Of a stretch of 64,000 bases of DNA, positions 1 through 10,203 are shown in pieces (the first letter of the stretch is position 1; each line of letters starts with the position of its first letter). The notes beneath the pieces were generated by a model. The model had not been told where the DNA came from. It was given only the letters and a program-made list of their open reading frames with translations, and made no database searches. Source of the stretch: an uncultured Actinomycetes bacterium (lineage in GTDB: Bacteria > Actinomycetota > Thermoleophilia > Solirubrobacterales > 70-9); contig CAWHSV010000008.1 in NCBI GenBank assembly GCA_963832065.1, positions 80,671 to 144,670 of the forward strand, read 5' to 3'. The translations under genes and the position numbers were made by a program.

Positions 1-1
1 C

Positions 2-682
2 TCGAACTTCGTCTTCCAGGACGGCGCCGGCGTCTACCTCGGCCAGGCGGCGCACTGCTCCGGCACCGGCGGGCAGACCGAAACCGACGGCTGCGCCAGC
101 GGCTCTCTGCCGCTCGGCGCCAAGGTCGAAGTCAAAGGCGCGAGCAAACCGGGGACGATGGTCTACAACTCGTGGCTGGCGATGCAGGCCGGCGGCGAGA
201 CCGACCCCGACGCCTGCGCCTACAACGACTTCGCCCTGGTCCGGCTCGACCCGGCCGACGTCGGCAAGGTCAACCCCTCGGTTCCGGGCTTCGGCGGCCC
301 GACCGGAGTCGGCGCGGCCGGCGGCCTCGGCTCGACCGTCTACTCCTACGGCAACTCATCCCTGCGCGCCGGCGTGACCAAACTGAGCCCGAAGCAGGGG
401 GTCGTGATCCAGAACGAAGGCAACGGCTGGAGCCACGTCGTCGCCACCCTGACGCCCGGCATCCCCGGCGACTCGGGCAGCGGCTTCTTCAACGGCTCCG
501 GCGAGGCGATAGGCGTGCTCAGCACCCTGCAGCTGGCGCCCCTGCCCGCCACCAACGGCGTCGGCGACCTCGCCAAAGAGCTTGCCTACATGCGCGCCAA
601 CAGCCCCTTCGCCGGCGTGCAGCTGGCGCGCGGCACGGAGCCGTTCAAACCGAACCTGGTCGGCGCGATCCTCGGGTCTTAG
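2..682 (+). CDS. Chymotrypsin-fold (S1 family) serine protease, 5' end cut by the window edge
   Basis: The frame is open from nt 2. It shows the catalytic contexts QAAHC (His), YNDFALVRL (Asp) and GDSGSGFF (Ser). ORF-track 158..682 is the 3' part. Confidence 0.7.
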   Translation, partial: SNFVFQDGAGVYLGQAAHCSGTGGQTETDGCASGSLPLGAKVEVKGASKPGTMVYNSWLAMQAGGETDPDACAYNDFALVRLDPADVGKVNPSVPGFGGPTGVGAAGGLGSTVYSYGNSSLRAGVTKLSPKQGVVIQNEGNGWSHVVATLTPGIPGDSGSGFFNGSGEAIGVLSTLQLAPLPATNGVGDLAKELAYMRANSPFAGVQLARGTEPFKPNLVGAILGS

Positions 683-699
683 GCAGGCGGCGACGCGAG

Positions 700-1635
700 C
701 TAGGAATCCAACTCGGCCAGAAGGCCCGGGAGATCGAGTGGGCGCACGAACATCTCCACCTTCTGGCCGGGCTGCGGCTGTGGCCACTCCTCTTTCGGCC
801 GGTCCCAGTAGAGCTCGAGGCCGTTGCCATCGGGGTCGGCGAGGTAGAGCGCCTCGCTGACGCCGTGGTCGGAGGCGCCGCCGATCCGAACCCCAGCCTC
901 GGTCAGGCGCCGCAGCGCATCGGCCAGGGAGCGCCGGCTCGGGTAGCGGATCGCGACGTGGTAGAGCCCGGTCGTCCCCGGCGGTGGCGGCGAGCCGCCC
1001 TTCGAGTCCCAGGAGTTGAGGCCGATGTGGTGGTGGTAGCCGCCGGCCGAGACGAAAGCGGCGTCCTCGCCGTAGCGCTGCATCAGCTCGAAGCCGAGCA
1101 CCCCGCAGTAGAAATCGAGGGCGCGGTCGACGTCGGCCACCTTGAGATGCACATGGCCGATGTCGACGCCGGGGTCGATCTGTCCTGAGTCCAAATCGAC
1201 CTCCTTCGCAGGCTCGGATGGCGATGGCGCCGCGGCCTCACCGTCAAGAGCTTCGTTGACGAGACGGTCGGCGTCGGCGTTCTCGGCGCGGCGGACGTGG
1301 CGGATCGACCAGCTGTCGAACGCGTCCAGCGCCCGCATCGCCTCGGCATGCAGTTCCTTCATTGTCGGGTCTTTGACCTTGTAGCGGCCTTCGACCTGGC
1401 GCACGACCAGCTCGGAGTCGCCGATCAACTCCAGCTCGCCGGCCCCGTGGGCGGCCGCCAGCTCGATTCCCCGCAGCAGAGCCCTGTACTCGGCGACGTT
1501 GTTGGTCGCGCGGCCGATGCGCTCGCCGCGTTCCTCCAGCACCTCGCCGTCCGGTCCGTGGACGACGACGCCGATCGCCGCCGGTCCGGGGTTGCCGCGG
1601 GCGCCGCCGTCGACGTTGACCGTCAGTCGCGCCAT
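700..1635 (-). CDS. RNase H (type 1) domain fused to a C-terminal VOC/glyoxalase-dioxygenase-fold domain
   Basis: This lies in ORF 700..1737. The internal ATG at 1635 gives MARLTVNVDGGARGNPGPAA...NNVAEYRAL...GDSELV (RNase H). After a linker come HVHLKVADVDRALDFY...HHIGLN...GNGLELYWD (VOC fold). Confidence 0.65.
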   Translation of the reverse strand: MARLTVNVDGGARGNPGPAAIGVVVHGPDGEVLEERGERIGRATNNVAEYRALLRGIELAAAHGAGELELIGDSELVVRQVEGRYKVKDPTMKELHAEAMRALDAFDSWSIRHVRRAENADADRLVNEALDGEAAAPSPSEPAKEVDLDSGQIDPGVDIGHVHLKVADVDRALDFYCGVLGFELMQRYGEDAAFVSAGGYHHHIGLNSWDSKGGSPPPPGTTGLYHVAIRYPSRRSLADALRRLTEAGVRIGGASDHGVSEALYLADPDGNGLELYWDRPKEEWPQPQPGQKVEMFVRPLDLPGLLAELDS

Positions 1636-1919
1636 TTCGCGTTCCACTGGCGTGCTGCCGCGTCGAGCTGGTCGATCTCGGTCCCCCGGGCGAGCTCGGC
1701 GACCGGCTGCTCCCCCTCCCCGCCGGCGACCTTCCACTGGTACCAGGTGAGGTCCCAGGCGACGGTGATCCGGGCGGCGTCGGCGCTCCCGGCGGCGGCG
1801 CCTACCGAGATCCGCGGTTTGCCCAGCGTCCGCGTCAGGCCGGCGACGGTGCGCGCCGCCTCGCTGGCGTTGAAACGGGTCACCGCCAGCTCGAACCTGC
1901 CCGCGGTGGCCGCGATCAC
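1623..1919 (-). CDS. Small hypothetical protein (98 aa)
   Basis: A GTG start overlaps the sigma-factor stop (GTGA). Third-codon positions are strongly G/C. It is the tail of ORF-track 1623..2651. I recognise no family. Confidence 0.35.
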   Translation of the reverse strand: MIAATAGRFELAVTRFNASEAARTVAGLTRTLGKPRISVGAAAGSADAARITVAWDLTWYQWKVAGGEGEQPVAELARGTEIDQLDAAARQWNAKWRD

Positions 1920-2689
1920 GCCTGCTGGAGGTGGGACTTCAGCCGCATCACGGCCTTGGTGTGCAGCTGCGAGACGCGCGACTCGGTGACCCCGAGGACC
2001 TCGCCGATCTCTCTCAGGGTCAGGTGCTCGTAGTAGTAGAGGGCGACGACAAGCTGCTCGCGCTCGGGCAGCGAGCCGATCGCCTCGGTCAGGCGGTCCT
2101 TGACCTCGCTGCTGTCGAGCGCCTCCTGCGGGTCGGCGGCGCCGTCGTCGGGGATCGTGTCCAGCAACGAGACCTGGTCGCCGGAGGAGTCGGACACGGT
2201 CCAGAGCTCGTCGAGCGCGTAGACGGAGGAGTTGGCGATCTCCAGCAGCGAGCTCTGCAGTTCCTCCTCGGACATGTTCAGTTTCGCCGCCAGCTCGCTC
2301 TCGCTCGGCGCCCGCTGCAGTTCGTGCTCGAGCTTGGCCTGGGCGGCTTCGATCTCCCGCGCCCGCGAGCGCACCGAACGCGGCACCCAGTCGAGCGAGC
2401 GCAGTTCGTCGATGATGGCGCCGCGGATGCGGGTCATCGCAAAGGTCTCGAACTTGATCCCGCGCTCGGGCTCGAAGCGCTCGATCGCCCCGATCAGGCC
2501 GACCAGGCCGTAGGAGATCAGGTCGGCGTCTTCGACGTGGGAGGGCAGGCCGGCGCCGAGGCGGCCGGCGACGAACTTGACCATCGGCGAGTAGGCGACG
2601 ACGAGGCGCTCGCGCGCGGTCCCGTCGCCGTCCTCCTTGTAGCGACGCCAAAGATCGCGTAGCTCGACCTCTTTTACGCCCGTTTCCAT
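1916..2689 (-). CDS. Sigma-70 family sigma factor, FliA/WhiG (sigma-28) group
   Basis: Intact 257-aa ORF. Region 2 reads DLISYGLVGLIGAIERFEPERGIKFETFAMTRIRGAIIDELR. Region 4 reads LYYYEHLTLREIGEVLGVTESRVSQLHTKA. Confidence 0.85.
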   Translation of the reverse strand: METGVKEVELRDLWRRYKEDGDGTARERLVVAYSPMVKFVAGRLGAGLPSHVEDADLISYGLVGLIGAIERFEPERGIKFETFAMTRIRGAIIDELRSLDWVPRSVRSRAREIEAAQAKLEHELQRAPSESELAAKLNMSEEELQSSLLEIANSSVYALDELWTVSDSSGDQVSLLDTIPDDGAADPQEALDSSEVKDRLTEAIGSLPEREQLVVALYYYEHLTLREIGEVLGVTESRVSQLHTKAVMRLKSHLQQA

Positions 2690-2728
2690 CCCTAGCTCAC
2701 GATTCTATGGTCGGTTGGCTGAATGGCG

Positions 2729-3617
2729 TCATGCGCGGGGGTGGCTGGCGGCATAGGTGTCACGCAGGCGAGCCGCGTCGACTCGGGTGTAGACCTGGGT
2801 GGTCGAGATCGACGCGTGACCAAGCAACTCCTGGATGGTACGCAGATCGGCGCCACCCTCGAGCAAATGCGTCGCAAAAGAATGTCTGAAGCGAATGCGG
2901 CGAGACGCCGGCGGCGATCGCGGCCTCGCGCGTCCAGAGGCCGAGCCGGCGGGTCACGTCGGAGTTGGAGAGGCGCTTGCCGCTCTTCGAGAGGAAGAGC
3001 GCGCGCTCGCGGGGATCGGTCGCCAGCGCCCGCCGGCCGCGTTCGGTGTAGCGACGCAACGCCCGCTGCGCCGGCTCCCCGACCGGCAGCAGTCGCTCCT
3101 TCGAGCCCTTGCCGAGGACCCGCAGCTGCTCGGTCTCGAAGTCGAGCGCGCCCTCGTCGAGGTTGACGATCTCCTCGCAACGCAGGCCGCACGAGTAGGC
3201 GAGCTCCAGCATCGCCCGGTCGCGCAGCTCCAGCGGCGTATGGGCGGGAATCCGCTCCAGCAGCGTCCGCATCTGCTCCGTCGTCAGCACCTTCGGCAGC
3301 TTTTCGGCGCGCTTGGGGCTGGAGACCAGCTCGGCCGGGTTCTGGCCGGCGCGCTCGGTGCGGACGAGGAAGCCGTAGAGGCCGCGGATCGCGGCCAGCT
3401 TGCGGGCCACCGTCGCCGGCGCCGCCTTCGCCTCAGAGAGGCCGGCCGCGTAGCGCCTCACGTCGCGGTGGCGCACGTCGCCCGGCGCCAACCCCTGCGC
3501 CTCCACCCACTCGACGAAACCGGCGAGGTCGACCGCATACGCCCGCCGCGTCCGCTCCGCCGCGCTGCGCGCCCTGAGGTCACGGTCGTACTCGGCTAGA
3601 GCATCCGTCCAGTTCAC
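2729..3617 (-). CDS. xerC: Tyrosine recombinase XerC/XerD, one apparent frameshift near 2890
   Basis: ORF 2760..3617 carries the N-terminal SAM-like domain and [13 protein letters not shown]. After VSPHSL the frame must shift to read [36 protein letters not shown] (catalytic Tyr), with stop TGA at 2729-2731. Confidence 0.8.
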
Positions 3618-3650
3618 AAACCTTCATTCGCCCTTTGCCGTGCTCGTCCT

Positions 3651-3755
3651 CTGAGCGGCGCGAGAACCAAGCAGATCAAGGACGCAGGGAGCGTGGCGTG
3701 CTCTGCACGCGAGCGACCGAGGACGCCGATATGCGCCGGTCCTCGCGCCGCTCAG
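3651..3755. repeat. Structured palindromic element, family P3, copy A
   Basis: Terminal inverted repeats ctgagcggcgcgag (3651-3664) and ctcgcgccgctcag (3742-3755). Central hairpin gcgtgc-tct-gcacgc (3696-3710). About 75 nt is homologous to 12194-12268. The right arm contains the ldt stop codon. Confidence 0.6.
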
Positions 3756-4791
3756 CCGATGAAGATGGGGGTTCCTATTTCAACTCGGTCGTAGAGCTCT
3801 TCGACGTCCGGGATCGCCATGCGGACGCAGCCATGGGAGGCGGCGGTGCCGAGCGAGCTGGTTTCTTCGGTGCCGTGGATGCCGGCGCCTTCGTAGATAG
3901 CCAGCCAGCGAGCCTTGATCGGGTTCGAGGGACCCGGGGGGGATCGCTCTGACCCGCCAGCGAGCCTGCCCAGTCGGATTCCGGCACGTTCCAGACCGGG
4001 TTTTCTTCCATCGCCTCGATTTCGTAGAGGCCTTCCGGCGTTTCCAGGCCTTCCTGGCCGACCGCGACGGTGTAGGTCTTGACGAGCTCGAGATTTTCGA
4101 AGAGGCGCAGCGCGTAGTTGGCGCGGTCCAGCGTCAGGTAGGACGGGTACTCGGCGGCCACCTCGCTCTTGGTCACCTCGGGCTCGGTCGCGTGGACGCG
4201 GGCGACGATCGTGCGCGGGGCGGTGGCGTTCAGCACGGCGGCGTTGAGGTCTTCGGTGAGCAGGTTGTCGCGCAGCTTGCGGCCGTTCTCGCCAGCGACA
4301 ACCAGGAGCGATTCGGCGCTCGCTTCGACGCTGGCGTTCTGCGGTTCGCGGTTGATCTCCTCGGCGACGTGGCGGACGAAGCGGTTGATCGCGCGCTCGG
4401 AGTAGGTCACCTGCGGGGTGATGCTCTCGCTCACCTCGCCGCCGGTGACGTAGCGAACCAGCCGCCCGGGCAGGCCGCCGTCCTGACTTTCGGCGACGGC
4501 CTCCTCGACCGCCCCGTCGATGTCGGCGCGGACCTTCAGCTTCGCGCCGGGCAGCTCCCAGCTCTCGCCGTCGAAGCTGACCCGCAGCGAGTGACGCAGC
4601 GGCGCCAGCAGGCGCTTACGGACCAGTGCCGCGGCTGCGTCTTCGTCGAGGCCGCCGACGTCGACCCCCGCGACCCGTACCCCCTCGGCGATCTTGTCCT
4701 TCTGCGAACTGTCATAAGCGTAGGCGGCGGCCGCCCCCAGCACGACGAGGATGACGGCGGTGATCACGGCTATCTGCGTCTTGCGGCCCAA
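3752..4791 (-). CDS. L,D-transpeptidase (YkuD domain) with N-terminal membrane anchor; frameshift in the G7 run 3936-3942
   Basis: TTG start at 4791 follows GGAGGAG. The TM segment is IAVITAVILVVLGAAAAYA. The YkuD core TYTVAVGQEGLETPEGLYEI... continues in another frame as PGPSNPIKARWLAIYEGAGIHGT...SHGCVRM. Stop is at 3752-3754. Confidence 0.75.
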
Positions 4792-4938
4792 CTGGCTCTC
4801 CTCCGACTGCCCTCGACTTGCACTGCACCGGTTGCGAAAAGTGTAGGCATATGGATCATTCGCCCGGAGCGGTCGTCTTCCCTGCAATTTCGCACTTGCA
4901 CCGGTCCTATCGGCAACGAGGGGGATATCTTTCGGTCG

Positions 4939-5652
4939 GTGCGCACGAAGGACGAGGTTCGCGAGGAGATCTGGAAGGCGATGGAGCGCGAGGGCGTCTC
5001 CCGCTTTCCCGGCGCCGAGGGACGGATCCCCAACTTCGCCGGGGCCAAGCTGGCGGCGGAGAAGCTCGCCGCACACCGCGCCTGGCGGCGCGCCCGGGTG
5101 ATCAAGGCCAACCCCGACTCGCCGCAGACGCACGCGCGGCGGATCGCCCTCGAAGAGGGCAGGACGGTGATCATGGCGGTGCCGCGGCTGCGCGACCCGC
5201 ACCCCTTCCGCGTCCTCGACCCGAAGAAGCTCTCGAAGGCGGCGATGAAAGAGGCGGCGACGATCAAGGGGGCGCTCAAGCACGGCCGCGTCGTCGCCCT
5301 CGACGATCTGCCGGAGATCGACTTCGTCCTCTGCGGCTCGGTCGCGGTGAACCTGAGCGGGGCGCGAATCGGCAAAGGCGGCGGCTACCACGACCTCGAG
5401 TACGGGATCCTCGTCGACGCCGGCAAGATCGACGACCACACCACCGTCGCCACCACCGTCCACCCGATCCAGATCCTGCGCCAGCACCTGATGTCGACCG
5501 CTCACGACCTGCCGGTCGACCTGATCGCGACGCCGCGGGCGGTGATCGACGTCGAGCGCCAGTACGAGCGGCCGCGGGGGATTCTCTGGGACCACCTGCA
5601 GCCGCCCCAGATCCGCGAGATCCCGGTGCTCGAACGCATGGGGTATGCCTGA
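4939..5652 (+). CDS. 5-formyltetrahydrofolate cyclo-ligase family protein
   Basis: C-terminal 237 codons of ORF 4192..5652: VIKANPDSPQ...VIMAVPRL...GSVAVNLSGARIGKGGGYHDLEYG. The GTG start at 4939 is a guess. Confidence 0.55.
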   Translation: MRTKDEVREEIWKAMEREGVSRFPGAEGRIPNFAGAKLAAEKLAAHRAWRRARVIKANPDSPQTHARRIALEEGRTVIMAVPRLRDPHPFRVLDPKKLSKAAMKEAATIKGALKHGRVVALDDLPEIDFVLCGSVAVNLSGARIGKGGGYHDLEYGILVDAGKIDDHTTVATTVHPIQILRQHLMSTAHDLPVDLIATPRAVIDVERQYERPRGILWDHLQPPQIREIPVLERMGYA

Positions 5653-6556
5653 GGCGACCGCCCGCGACCCGCGCATCGCCGCCGGCGCCGATTACGGCAA
5701 CCCGGCGCCGGCGTGGCCGCGGGTCCAGTGGCGCCGACATCTGCGGCGCGTGGCGCTGCCCGGCGCCGACGTCAACTACGTCGAGCTGGGCGAGGGCGAG
5801 CCGATCCTCTTCGTCCACGGCATCTCCGGCGCCTGGCAGAACTGGCTGGAGAACCTGCCCCACTTCGCCCGCGGCCACCGGGCGATAGCCCTCGACCTGC
5901 CCGGCTTCGGCGCCAGCCCGATGCCGAGCTGGGAAATCGATATGCCCGCCTACGGCCGCCTGCTGCACGACTTCTGCGAGAAGCTCGGGATCGAGGGAGC
6001 GACGATCGTCGGCAATTCGATGGGCGGCTTCATCGCGGTCGAGGCGGTGACGGCGTTGCCGGGGCGCTTCGAGAAGCTGGTGCTGGTCTCGGCAGCGGGC
6101 ATCCTCAACACTTGGAACCCGGAGGAGCGAGCGGTGGTGACCGCCTGGGCCTGGAAGACCTTCGGCCCGCACTACGCCGACCGGGGCCGGTGGATCGTCA
6201 CGCACCCGCGGGCGCGGGAGATCGTCTTCAGACCCTTCGTCCGCTACCCGGGCCATCTGCGGGCCGACCTCCTGTTCGAGCAGATCAGCAGCGGCCTGGA
6301 GCGCGCCGACGGCTTCGGCGACGCGCTGAAGGCGCTGATCCATCACGACATCCGCGAGCGCCTCGGCGAGATCCAGATGCCGACGATGATCGTCTGGGGC
6401 CAGTCCGACCGCGTGATCCCGCTATCGGCCGCCCTCAGCTACCACCGGCGTATCCCCCACTCGCGACTGGAGATCTTCGAGCGCACCGGGCACGTGCCGC
6501 AGCTGGAGCGGCCCCTCCGCTTCAACGCCCTCTTGGACGAGTTCCTCGCCGACTAA
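5645..6556 (+). CDS. Alpha/beta-fold hydrolase
   Basis: Intact 303-aa ORF with ILFVHGISGAWQNW, the nucleophile elbow VGNSMGG, and a C-terminal GHVPQLERP. Confidence 0.75.
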   Translation: MPEATARDPRIAAGADYGNPAPAWPRVQWRRHLRRVALPGADVNYVELGEGEPILFVHGISGAWQNWLENLPHFARGHRAIALDLPGFGASPMPSWEIDMPAYGRLLHDFCEKLGIEGATIVGNSMGGFIAVEAVTALPGRFEKLVLVSAAGILNTWNPEERAVVTAWAWKTFGPHYADRGRWIVTHPRAREIVFRPFVRYPGHLRADLLFEQISSGLERADGFGDALKALIHHDIRERLGEIQMPTMIVWGQSDRVIPLSAALSYHRRIPHSRLEIFERTGHVPQLERPLRFNALLDEFLAD

Positions 6557-6562
6557 CGCTAG

Positions 6563-8246
6563 CTAGTGCGTGACCGCGCCCTTTGACGCGGATGAAACGG
6601 TCGCCGCATACTTGGACATGACGCCGGAGCCGAAGGGGGACTCGGGCGCCCTGTACTCGGCGACGCGTTTGGCGATCTCCTCGTCCGAGAGGTCGACGTC
6701 CATGCGACGGGTATCGATGTCGAGGGTGATCTGGTCGCCCTCGCGGATCGCGGCGATCGGGCCGCCCTTGACGGCCTCCGGGGCGACGTGGCCGAACATC
6801 AGGCCGCGGGTGGCGCCGGAGAAACGGCCGTCGGTGATCAGGGCGACGCTCTCCCCCAGTCCCTCGCCGACGATCGCCGCCGTCACCTGGAGCATCTCGC
6901 GCATCCCGGGGCCGCCGACCGGGCCCTCGTTGCGGATGACGATGATGTCGCCGGCGTCGATTTGCTGTTCCTTGACGGCACGGAAGCATTCCTCTTCGGA
7001 CTCGAAGACGCGAGCGGGGCCGGTCTGCCTGCGGCGCTCGGTGCCGGCGACCTTGATCACGGCGCCTTCGGGAGCGAGGTTCCCGCCCATGATCGCCAGC
7101 CCCCCTTCTGCCTTGACCGGATCGGCGAGAGCGCGCACCACTTCCTGTCCCGGCGCCTCGGTCGCCAGCGCTGCCTCCTCGGCGATCGTGCGACCGGTTA
7201 CGGTGATCGCCTCGCCGCGCAGGATCCCGGCCTGGGCCAGCCGCTCGAGGATCACCGGCACGCCGCCGGCGGCGTAGAGGTCGGTGGCGATGAAGCGCCC
7301 GCCCGGCTTGAGGTCGGCGAGCAGCGGCGTGGCGCGGGAAATGCGGTCGAAGTCGGCCATCTCGAGCTCGATCCCAAGCTCGTGGCCCAGCGCGATCAGG
7401 TGCAGGACGCCGTTGGTCGAGCCGCCGGAGGCGCAGACGCAGGCGATCGCGTTTTCGAGCGAGTCGCGGGTGATCACCTTGCTGGGGGTGATGTCGTCGG
7501 CGAGGACGCGCAGCACCAGCTCGCCGATCTTCTCGGCGACGGTCTGCTTGTCTTCGGCTTCGGCCGGGACCATCGCCGAGCCGCCCGGACTGATTCCCAG
7601 CGCCTCGAAGGCGCAGGCCATCGTGTTGGCGGTGAACTGGCCGCCGCAGGCGCCGGCGCCGGGGCTGGCGACCCCCTCGAGCTCGCTCAGTTCCTCGTCG
7701 CTCATGTCGCCGGCGTTGTGGGCGCCGATCGCCTCGAAAATGTCGAGGATGGTGACGTCGCGGCCGTGCCAGTGGCCGGGGGCGATCGAGCCGCCGTAGA
7801 GCAGGACCGAGGGCACGTCGAGCCGGGCCAGCGCCATCGCGCAGCCGGGGATCGTCTTGTCGCAGGCGCAGAGGGCGACGATCGCGTCGAACTGGTAGCC
7901 GCGGGCCATCAGCTCGATCGAGTCGGCGATCACCTCGCGGCTGACCAGCGAAGCCTTCATGCCCTGGGTGCCCATCGTCACGCCGTCGGAGACGGCGACG
8001 GTGTTGAACTCCATCGGCGTGCCGCCGGCGGCGCGGACGCCCTCTTTGACGTGCTCGGCGAGCCCGCGTAGGTGGAAGTTGCAGGGCATCGCCTCGGTCC
8101 AGGTGTTGGCGATCCCGACCGTCGGCCGGCTCAGCGCCTCGTCGTCGAAGCCGATGCCCTTCATGTAGGCGCGCGAGTGGGCGCGGTCGGGCCCGTCGAA
8201 GACGGTGGCGGAGCGAGGACGCGGAAGCCTGGTCGCAGTGCTGCCG

Positions 8247-8257
<11 letters not shown>
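6563..8257 (-). CDS. ilvD: Dihydroxy-acid dehydratase
   Basis: Intact 564-aa ORF with [19 protein letters not shown], and the SGGSTN and GGPGMREML motifs of IlvD/Edd. Confidence 0.95.
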
Positions 8258-9068
<811 letters not shown>

Positions 9069-9077
9069 GCGGGCAGC

Positions 9078-10203
9078 CTAGATGGCTGCATTCTTCGGGC
9101 GCGGCAACAAGGTGCGGGAGTAGATACCCATCGCCGAGCAGGTGACATAGCCGAGGAGCTCGAGGCGGGCGAGGGCGGCGGCTGCTTCGGGGCCCGCGAG
9201 GTGGAGGGTCGCGGCGACGGCGTCGCAGCTGTCCTCGCCGCTCTCGACGGTGGCGAGGACGGCGGCGAGGCCCGAATCTAGCGGCGGGCCGACGCGCTCG
9301 ATCTTCCGCGCTCCGGGCCCGAGCATCGCGTCGAGCACGTCCTGGGCGTCGCGGACGAGGCAGGCGCCGCCGGCGAGCAGGTCGTTGGGGCCGGCCGAGG
9401 CGCGGGAGGTGACCGGACCAGGGACGGCGCCGAGGTCGCGGCCGAGGTCGGCCGCGAGGTCGGCCGTGATCAGCGAGCCGGAGCGGGCCGCGGCCTCGAC
9501 CACCACGGTCATCCCGGCCAGCGCCGCCATGATCCGGTTGCGAGCGGGAAAGGTCCAGCGCCAGGGGGCGGCGCCGGGTGGGAACTCGGAGACGACGAGC
9601 CCCTCCTCGCAAATGCGTCGCCAGAGCGAGCGGTGCGCTGCCGGGTAGGCGATATCGGGGCCACAGCCGAGGACGGCGATCGGTACGGCCAGCGTCGATG
9701 GCGCCGCGGTGGGCACAGGCGTCGATGCCGAAGGCGAGGCCGCTGACGACGACCATCCCCGCCGTCGCCAGCTCCCGGCCCAGCTCGCGGGCGATCTCGC
9801 GGCCGTAGGAGGTGGCGCGGCGAGAGCCAACGACGGTCACCGCGCCGAACGGCTCGAGCCCGTCGAGCAGGCCGGGATCCCCGCGCCCGATCAGCGCCCA
9901 GGGCGCGTCGGCGGCATCGCGCAAAACGTCTGGATAGAGGTCGCCGTGGCGACAGCAGGCCCAACACCGCGCCGCCGCCAGCTCATCCGCGAAACTCCGC
10001 TCCGAGAGAGCGGCGATCCGGTCCAGCAGCTGAGCCCCCACCTTCGGCGCCGCGGCCGCGACCAGGTCCTCGTTGGAGAGGCGCAGCAGTTCCGGCGAGC
10101 GGGCGCCCACCGAGCCGGTGGCGATCCGCTCGATATAGGGACCGAGCAGGGCCAGAAGCCAGGAGCGGCGCAGGCAGTCGGGGCAAGCGCGAGCGTCAGC
10201 CAC
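9078..10203 (-). CDS. dprA: DNA-processing protein DprA, one frameshift near 9690
   Basis: GTG start at 10203 follows GGAGG. The N-terminal part is in the frame of ORF 8362..10251 ([21 protein letters not shown]). The C-terminal part is ORF 9078..9830 ([12 protein letters not shown]...[13 protein letters not shown], then a winged-helix tail). Confidence 0.8.

Noticed and set aside
172-1188. Numerous long Arg/Pro/Ala/Gly-rich ORFs in the track, for example 172..1188, 5276..6346, 8362..10251 (5' and 3' parts), 15399..16574 (5' part), 21276..22043 and 62722..63801.
   Set aside because: These are off-frame or antisense readings of real genes in very GC-rich DNA. They have RPGA-rich composition and no recognisable motifs, and they overlap well-supported CDSs.
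2729-3617. The tyrosine recombinase as an integrase marking a mobile element.
   Set aside because: The sequence and size match housekeeping XerC/D. It lies 34 kb from the low-GC island, and there are no att-like repeats or phage genes nearby.
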